Shown: in pieces, positions 1 through 5,010 of the stretch | How the letters are laid out: every line of letters begins with the position of its first letter | Numbering within the stretch: position 1 is the stretch's first letter | Origin: Promethearchaeota archaeon | Lineage (GTDB): Archaea > Asgardarchaeota > Thorarchaeia > Thorarchaeales > Thorarchaeaceae | Direction: 5' to 3' | DNA: 5,611 bases | Assembly: GCA_027031765.1 (NCBI GenBank) | Contig: JALVPN010000070.1 | Location: forward strand, 1-5,611 | Program-made: the position numbers and the translations under genes | Notes under the pieces: model-generated | What the model was told of the DNA's origin: nothing | What the model saw: the letters and a program-made list of their open reading frames with translations, nothing else | The model's database searches: none

Positions 1-330
1 GTCGCAGACTGCAAGGGGTCCGTGTTCGAAATAGGGCGCCACGAGAAGCGCAGTCACGTTGATAGTGCCGTCTGAGACTAGAAATGCGGGCAGGAACCTG
101 CTCTGAGTGTAGGACTCCTTGATGCTTGCAAAGACCGACCTGTCAGGCAGTCTCTCAACGGTGAACCCCTCGACAAACGGCAGGACATCTCTCACCATTG
201 TGGACAATAACTTGCGGCTGTCGTCGCGTTCGACTATGCGCTTGAGTACCAAGGCGAGATTGCTGCCGTCTGGTTCAAGGATTACCTTTGCTGGAATCGG
301 GGTCGCGCGCTTCATGAGTCGCGGGTCGAA
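1..330 (-). repeat. Diverged direct repeat: paralogous coding segment matching 5281..5610
   Basis: Ungapped 110-codon alignment to 5281-5610 (offset 5280 bp) with 71/110 identical amino acids, counted by hand. Confidence 0.95.
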
Positions 331-1035
331 GTCGTAGATTGACAGGTTATGGAGGAAGTACAACAGGCGCCAGTGAAATGGCGACAAGATGAGAGGGCCT
401 TGGATAGACGGCGTCTTCGGATGGAGCTTCAGCGGGAACTCCACATCCGATGATAGGTCAGGAAGGTGCTCAATGAACTTGAGGAGCTCCCGACTGGTCT
501 CCGTCAGTGAACTGGGCCAATCAATCTGGACCCTGTTACCATCCTTGACTATGGTGATTGTGTCAGCCCCCGCCGCACCACCGCTCCCAACCGCATCACT
601 TTGGTTTCCCACCGCAGGGTCAAGTAGGACCTTCAGAGTGTCACGGACTTTTCTGTAGTCTGGTCTGCGTCTGTAGAACTTGACCGAGATCTCATACTCG
701 TAGCCACTCACCCTCAACTGCTCCTCTTCTGAAAGAGAGAAGACAGCGGGCGCATCCAGTGAGAGGCCTATCGTGAGGTCACGCGATGGACCAATTGAGA
801 GGTTGTAGAGGTAGGGGATGCCACCCTGCATCGAGATAGCGTTGTCAATGCCCACTGTTGCCATGTCCTTCAAGAACCGAAACGCCGCAACAAGATTGGA
901 CTTTCCCGAAGCGTTGGGCCCCACTACGACATTGAAGTCTTCAAGTCCTATCTCAGCATCATCGAAGCTCTTGAAGTTGCTCAGGCGTAATGACCGGATA
1001 TGTGTTCTCTGACCGAGCTCCGGACTGGAACTCAA
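1..1035 (-). CDS. AAA_21/AAA_15-family ABC-type ATPase, copy 1 (N-terminal 345 aa; C-terminus runs off the left edge)
   Basis: Manual translation of the minus frame is open from 1 to 1140 (nearest upstream stop TGA at 1141-1143). Probable start is TTG at 1035. Sequence: MSSSPELGQRTHIRSLRLSNFKSFDDAEIGLEDFNVVVGPNASGKSNLVAAFRFLKD...AISMQGG...IYDFDPRLMKRATP...LEPDGSNL...FLVSDGTINV...PLAVCD. It has the N-terminal 'I..l.l.NFKSF' motif, Walker A GPNASGKS (898-921), the SDGT signature variant and the beginning of Walker B at the window edge. The start codon is uncertain. Confidence 0.92.
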   Translation of the reverse strand, partial: MSSSPELGQRTHIRSLRLSNFKSFDDAEIGLEDFNVVVGPNASGKSNLVAAFRFLKDMATVGIDNAISMQGGIPYLYNLSIGPSRDLTIGLSLDAPAVFSLSEEEQLRVSGYEYEISVKFYRRRPDYRKVRDTLKVLLDPAVGNQSDAVGSGGAAGADTITIVKDGNRVQIDWPSSLTETSRELLKFIEHLPDLSSDVEFPLKLHPKTPSIQGPLILSPFHWRLLYFLHNLSIYDFDPRLMKRATPIPAKVILEPDGSNLALVLKRIVERDDSRKLLSTMVRDVLPFVEGFTVERLPDRSVFASIKESYTQSRFLPAFLVSDGTINVTALLVAPYFEHGPLAVCD

Positions 1036-1082
1036 CTCTACTACTCGCTCCTGGGTCTGTACGGTCAGACGACCAGCCCAGA

Positions 1083-1099
1083 GGCGTATAAGGGTTTTC
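1083..1099 (-). promoter_or_regulatory. Putative archaeal BRE/TATA promoter of ATPase copy 1
   Basis: The minus strand reads GAAAACCCTTATACGCC, a purine-rich BRE-like tract followed by TTATA, 47 nt upstream of the proposed TTG. It is 14/17 identical to the element upstream of the VOC gene. Confidence 0.55.
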
Positions 1100-1661
1100 G
1101 GCAGGTCGTCAGTGGGTAGCGGGTGGTGTGACGGGCCGCCTCAGGTCTGCATGTGATGGCTGCGCGGAGCCCTGGTAGGCAGGGGCACGGTCACATCGGA
1201 GACCATTTGCCGAGGGCAAGCTGGGGTCACCTCCCTACCCCCGCTATTCAGGAGCTCTCCATTTGTGCAGGCGGACATGTAGGGTTGAGGTCTCGCACGC
1301 TCACTCCCATCCCACTACAGGGGCAAGTCCTCCACATTTGTACAGACAGCAAGAAGCTGTGGCCGACAGGAGTTGCGAACAGCAGACTGGGGTTCAGGTA
1401 CCGGATGTCGCTGGTTCCACAGGTATGCCTGTGTTTCATAGAAACCCTGACTCCTGTTGCAGATATCGTCAAGGCAGTACGGTGGTAGACCGGCCTGTTG
1501 GACGGAGGTGCAGGAGATTGTCATCTGCGTGATCTGCTGGGTGGGCCGTCCTACAAAGACCGCAGTTGTCCCAGTGTATGCACTGGAGGTATACGTGGAC
1601 GCCGAGAGCCGTCCCTGACCCTGACGTGGTAGGACTTGTTGGCTGGGCTGCAAGGACAAGG

Positions 1662-1699
1662 AATATTTTTAGCCCGAGGAGAGCCTCCTGCTTCGGGAG
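1662..1699 (+). promoter_or_regulatory. Putative TATA box and Shine-Dalgarno of the PH/WH/Zn-ribbon gene
   Basis: AATATTTTTA at 1662-1671 is the only strongly AT-rich run in the GC-rich spacer and lies 32 nt before ATG 1704. GGGAG at 1695-1699 lies 4 nt before the ATG. Confidence 0.45.
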
Positions 1700-1703
1700 T
1701 TAC

Positions 1704-2558
1704 ATGACGGTCAAAGAAGGCCTGAACGTCGGTGAGCAAGTGGTGGACTCGGCGCGCGCGGCGTATCTAGTCCAGTCCAGGGTGTCGTACGGGTTCACGG
1801 AGGAACAGTGGCTGAACGGCGAGCTCGTGCTGACCCAGGCGGGGGTCGTCTTTCTGGAGGCGAAGGGGTTATTCGGACAGGGCCGGAGCCGACATCACAG
1901 TGTCACTTACGATGCGATAGCCGGCGTCCGGACCGAGTCAAGGGGGATTGTTGGATACCTGACGGGTCAGAAGTTCTTGAGTCTGGACGTCATCACTCAC
2001 GCCGGCCAGCGGACGTTCCGCTACTCGTGCAGCAACAGTGATGCTGCGCGCCTATGCGACAGGATAATGGGCATGCTGCAGAGGCGGAACGCGAAAGAGA
2101 GCCTTCGCAGGGAACTCGTACGCCTGATCAAGCCGATGGGTGAGGTAAGCCTCTCTGAGATTGCAAGAATGCCAAGTGTGAAGAACATTGTCCGACAGAT
2201 GCTGGGACGCCCTCCACTGGGCATCCCCGAGGACAGGCTGTTGGCTATCGTCACTGACGAGGTGCGCTCTCTCATCTCGATGGGGCGGCTGGACGGCATA
2301 ATCGATGACGAGGGGAACTTCATTTCCACACTAGTGCTATCAAGACGCAGTGTACAGTACCAGGTGACCATTGATTTCCCTACTCTGTTCGCGCAACTGC
2401 AGAACAAGGGCATGATACTCCAGACCATCGAGTGCCCCTCATGCGGTGGAAAGCTGGACTATCCAAAGGAGGGCAGTATGGTGAAGTGTCAGTATTGTGG
2501 GGCCCTGGTCAGTGCCGTGGACGTATTTGAGAGGTTCAAGAGACTCATCGACATATAG
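1704..2558 (+). CDS. Uncharacterised 284-aa protein: PH-like (bPH/GRAM/GLUE-like) domain + PCI/DDRGK-like winged helix + C-terminal C4 zinc ribbon
   Basis: Long ORF (track 1566..2558). ATG 1704 is preferred because of the TATA/SD context and because the extra 46 upstream codons look non-coding. The N-terminus 'LNVGEQV...NGELVLTQAGVVF...YDAIAGV' plus a terminal helix fits a PH-like fold. The middle 'LIKPMGEVSLSEIA...VRSLISMGRLDGIIDDEGNFI' fits a PCI-type winged helix. CPSC-x14-CQYC (2433-2498) is a zinc ribbon. Domain calls are motif recognition, not a search. Confidence 0.85.
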   Translation: MTVKEGLNVGEQVVDSARAAYLVQSRVSYGFTEEQWLNGELVLTQAGVVFLEAKGLFGQGRSRHHSVTYDAIAGVRTESRGIVGYLTGQKFLSLDVITHAGQRTFRYSCSNSDAARLCDRIMGMLQRRNAKESLRRELVRLIKPMGEVSLSEIARMPSVKNIVRQMLGRPPLGIPEDRLLAIVTDEVRSLISMGRLDGIIDDEGNFISTLVLSRRSVQYQVTIDFPTLFAQLQNKGMILQTIECPSCGGKLDYPKEGSMVKCQYCGALVSAVDVFERFKRLIDI

Positions 2559-3182
2559 GCCCCAATCGCGACAATCACGATGTACCCGTGCACACTACTG
2601 TGGTGTCAACAGCATGCCAGAGTGCCGGCACACCAGAGCAATGAGGACCACCTGCGTGAGGGAGTACCTGCCCTGTCGAGAAGAGCTCGCAGACCTGTCA
2701 GGCCCCGACGCAATCCTCGTAACAACGGGCCTGTACCTGACCGGTCTGCTGTCTTGTCCCAGTCCCAATATCCACTTGGTGCAGGGACGCCTTGACCCCA
2801 TCTCCGTACTCGGACGAGCATGTGAGTGCTGGGTCGCGGTATCATAAGGACTACAATCATGCAGATGGCGGAGTATCGACTATGACTCTGTACGGTGCAT
2901 CCGAAGGTGGGTGAATGGGGAGTCCAGTAGATACGACTGGTGGCCTGACAGAGGTCTGTCTGCTAGGCGTTCCTATGGCCTAGTCGTCTGTAGAGCGGTA
3001 TTGCTCCGTGGTGTGGTGCTCATGCTAGGGACGAAGAGGTCGAAACGCCTGCTCAAGAAAGGACAGGCCAGGATGTCTACCCAGCAATAGGGGGCTGTAC
3101 GGGGGGCTGCACGGGTCACCGTAGACAGTACTGCCACTAGGCGTCCATCATCGACCGCGTCCAGTACCCCCTCACGGAGCTC

Positions 3183-3524
3183 ATGCCCAGGTGCTCTGCT
3201 CTTTCCTGCAGTGAAGTCATTGGCATCAAGACCGGTCTTCACAACAGACGGCTGAAGTCGATATCACTGACCAGACCTTTGTTGAGAAATGGAGTTAGAA
3301 GCTTGTCTGTGACTCTTGGTGAGGAGGGATTGGTTGTCTGCTATGAGGGAAACGAAGGCACATACAAGCAAGAATATATCGAAGCGGATAGATATGACCA
3401 CATAGTGAACACAACTTCATGCGGAGATGTATATGCAGCAGGATTCATTTCATATTTTGCGGAACACAGGAATCTCCTTGACGCCTACAGATTTGCAAGC
3501 AAGATAGCAAGTCTTAGAACTTAG
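3183..3524 (+). pseudogene. 5'-truncated PfkB/ribokinase-family carbohydrate kinase remnant (C-terminal ATP-binding part only)
   Basis: PfkB-like sequence is recognisable from about 3267: LTRPLLRNGVRSLSVTLGEEG...IVNTTSCGDVYAAGFISY...LLDAYRFASKIAS. NTTSCGD (3408-3428) corresponds to the PfkB D/N-T-T-G-A/C-G-D signature with the catalytic Asp kept. The frame is closed upstream by TAG 3138-3140, and I found no N-terminal PfkB half in any frame. The same frame continues 22 codons past TAG 3522 to TGA 3591-3593. Confidence 0.8.
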
Positions 3525-3617
3525 GTACAGGATGTAAAAGATCTGGCTTCTTATGATGATGAGATTAGAAAGACATTGAGGTCAGTAGCATGAGGTTCAA
3601 CAGTAAGAGTAGAGCAG

Positions 3618-3634
3618 GAAAACCTATATGCGCC
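3618..3634 (+). promoter_or_regulatory. Putative archaeal BRE/TATA promoter of the VOC gene
   Basis: GAAAACCTATATGCGCC has a BRE-like GAAAA plus TATAT and ends 25 nt before ATG 3660, consistent with a short-leader archaeal transcript. Confidence 0.55.
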
Positions 3635-3659
3635 CCTAATAAGCAGAAGGCGGTAGGCT

Positions 3660-4055
3660 ATGATGAAGGCAAACGCGATAGTGTTGTTTGTTCGCAACTT
3701 TGAGGCATGTAGAGAGTTCTACAAAGAGAAGATAGGCCTCAAAGTGAAAGAAACTGACGAAGGTTTTGTTTCCTTCGAATTGGAAGGAGACCAAGAGCTG
3801 GCTCTAATGAGCCTCGAAGCGGCAGGGCAGATGATAGGTAGGGAAGAGATACAACCCGACAAAGATGGGGCACACAGGGTACTACTTGCCGTCTATGTGG
3901 AGGATACAGACAAGACCTACGAGAAGCTCAAGCAGAAAGGTGTGGAGTTTGTTAGACCGCCAGTGACTCAACCATGGGGTCAAAGAACAGCATACTTCAA
4001 AGACCCTGATGGAAACTTGTGGGAAATCTCTCACTTCATAGGTGAGGCGAAGTAG
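3660..4055 (+). CDS. VOC (glyoxalase/bleomycin-resistance/dioxygenase) family protein, 131 aa
   Basis: Classic VOC motifs: 'IVLFVRNFEACREFYKEKIGL', 'LAVYVEDTDKTYEKLKQKGV' and 'PVTQPWGQRTAYFKDPDGNLWEIS'. Complete ORF; the start could be 3660 or 3663. Confidence 0.95.
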   Translation: MMKANAIVLFVRNFEACREFYKEKIGLKVKETDEGFVSFELEGDQELALMSLEAAGQMIGREEIQPDKDGAHRVLLAVYVEDTDKTYEKLKQKGVEFVRPPVTQPWGQRTAYFKDPDGNLWEISHFIGEAK

Positions 4056-4076
4056 GGACTCGGATTGCCGAGTCCC
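4055..4076. terminator. Perfect 9-bp inverted repeat at the VOC stop codon (possible terminator or 3' stabilising hairpin)
   Basis: GGGACTCGG-ATTG-CCGAGTCCC, whose first G is the last base of the VOC TAG. There is no U-tract on either strand, so terminator function is not certain. Confidence 0.45.
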
Positions 4077-4480
4077 ATTGACCTGCTAGTATGGCGTTCT
4101 GCATCCGTGTTGACGACTTTGCAGGGTACTGTGCCACACAGACTGCACATGACCGTTTCTCGACCCATCTGCCGAAACCCAAGCAACCTTGCGAACATCG
4201 ACATGGAGGTTCATGGATCATAGTCATGTCAGGGCTCCTCCTGTCTCAACGCGGATCATCTAACCAACGAACTGGAGCATATCCCACCCAGAATCGACGG
4301 TTCAAAGAGCAGACTCATCTTGCCTGGTTTCTTGCCGCACCAGAAGCCAGTCCAGTTCAGTCACACACTGGACGTGTGCATTCGGACTAGGATGGGAGGA
4401 GTAGTTTCGGACGGCACACTTCGACTAGGTCTCACTAGCTGGTCAGCACGTGAGAATACAGACCAGGGTCGAGGTTTGGC

Positions 4481-4996
4481 CTAGCAGTACCTCTTGAGAA
4501 AGTACCTGAGGGACTCGCTTCTCTGTCGTGCTACGGCCAGATCGAACTCGTCAAGAATCTTAGCCATGAACGTGCTGCGCGGCATCTCTGGAGGGATTAC
4601 ACTGTTGAGCCACTCTTTCGTCACGCGGTCAGGCACCTCCAGTTCTATCTCATTGGCGAGCCTTAGCAACGTCTGCAAGTCTAGTCCCGCAACATACCAC
4701 GCCTCTATTTCGGGTTTAACAACCATTATCCGTTGCTCATCACCAATCCCATACCGTCTGGCTGTCCCACGTTTCGCTGCCGTCACACAAGGATAATGGT
4801 TAGAGTCCCGGACAAGGACATACTCTGTGCTTCTCTGCTCTAGCGTGTGGATAAAGTTCCGAATTTTCCTGTTGCGCGTCTGGGCATACCTGACAATCCG
4901 GACGCGGTCATAGTGTTGCTCAAGACAGGGGCACAGGACTCTCCTGAAGAAACGTTCATCGTCACTGCCCTCGACAAAGACGAAAAGAGAAGACAT
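4481..4996 (-). CDS. Stand-alone TOPRIM-like putative nuclease (DUF4276/DUF4435/RloB/OLD-TOPRIM-like), partner of the ATPase
   Basis: MSSLFVFVEGSDDERFF (TOPRIM 'hhVEG.xD/E' motif), YVLVRDSN (DxD position, here DxN) and VVKPEIEAWY (the 'ExE' motif of OLD-like TOPRIM nucleases). ATG 4996 has GGTG about 10 nt upstream; the alternative GTG start at 5008 is used by the track. It lies immediately downstream of the ATPase stop at 5011. Confidence 0.8.
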   Translation of the reverse strand: MSSLFVFVEGSDDERFFRRVLCPCLEQHYDRVRIVRYAQTRNRKIRNFIHTLEQRSTEYVLVRDSNHYPCVTAAKRGTARRYGIGDEQRIMVVKPEIEAWYVAGLDLQTLLRLANEIELEVPDRVTKEWLNSVIPPEMPRSTFMAKILDEFDLAVARQRSESLRYFLKRYC

Positions 4997-5010
4997 CTCT
5001 TTCAGCACCG

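Noticed and set aside
1-330. Terminal redundancy suggesting a circular element or contig overlap
   Set aside because: The end-to-end match is only 65% at protein level with many synonymous changes, so these are paralogues rather than identical ends.
119-1012. Plus-strand track ORFs 119..337, 389..658 and 818..1012
   Set aside because: They are antisense shadows of the ATPase copy 1 gene, whose minus frame carries all the conserved motifs.
1677-1699. Alternative pairing of CTCCT with AGGAG or with the SD GGGAG (possible translational switch)
   Set aside because: The stems are only 5 bp, and with TATA at about 1665-1671 transcription should start near 1695, so most of the switch would not be transcribed.
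1566-1703. 46-codon N-terminal extension of the PH/WH ORF from TTG 1566
   Set aside because: It would run through the putative TATA box and SD. ATG 1704 has better context and begins right at the PH-like domain.
1153-1739. Short overlapping ORFs in the divergent spacer (1153..1488, 1248..1472, 1263..1532, 1315..1659, 1551..1739)
   Set aside because: They overlap on both strands, have no recognisable motifs, are Cys/Arg/Pro-rich like non-coding translations, and lack convincing start contexts.
2625-2705. Minus-strand 'QGRYSLTQVVLIALVCRHSG' faintly resembles an ISAs1 transposase N-terminal motif
   Set aside because: About 20 aa of weak similarity with a stop soon after, no DDE core and no terminal inverted repeats.
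3013-3090. Plus-strand 'VLMLGTKRSKRLLKKGQAR' resembles the IscB PLMP/RRXRR N-terminus
   Set aside because: It lacks the PLMP motif, stops at 3088-3090, and no RuvC-I (GIDPG) or HNH motif follows in any frame.
3090-3115. G-rich tract as a possible G-quadruplex
   Set aside because: It has only three separate G-runs and is better explained as a 12-bp tandem duplication.
3228-3239. Perfect 12-bp palindrome AAGACCGGTCTT near the GC step
   Set aside because: About one such palindrome is expected by chance in 5.6 kb (4^-6 per position), and it does not match the right-boundary dyad.
3138-3524. Genome-wide amber recoding restoring a full-length PfkB
   Set aside because: Reading through TAG 3138 gives no PfkB-like sequence and meets further stops, including TGA 2946. 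Intact genes in the window end in TAG.
4077-4480. Possible tRNA or ncRNA (TTCGA near 4420) or LRR-like peptide 'LTNELEHIPPRI' in the convergent spacer
   Set aside because: No cloverleaf can be built, the stems are 6 bp or shorter, and the peptide is a single short motif with no repeat.
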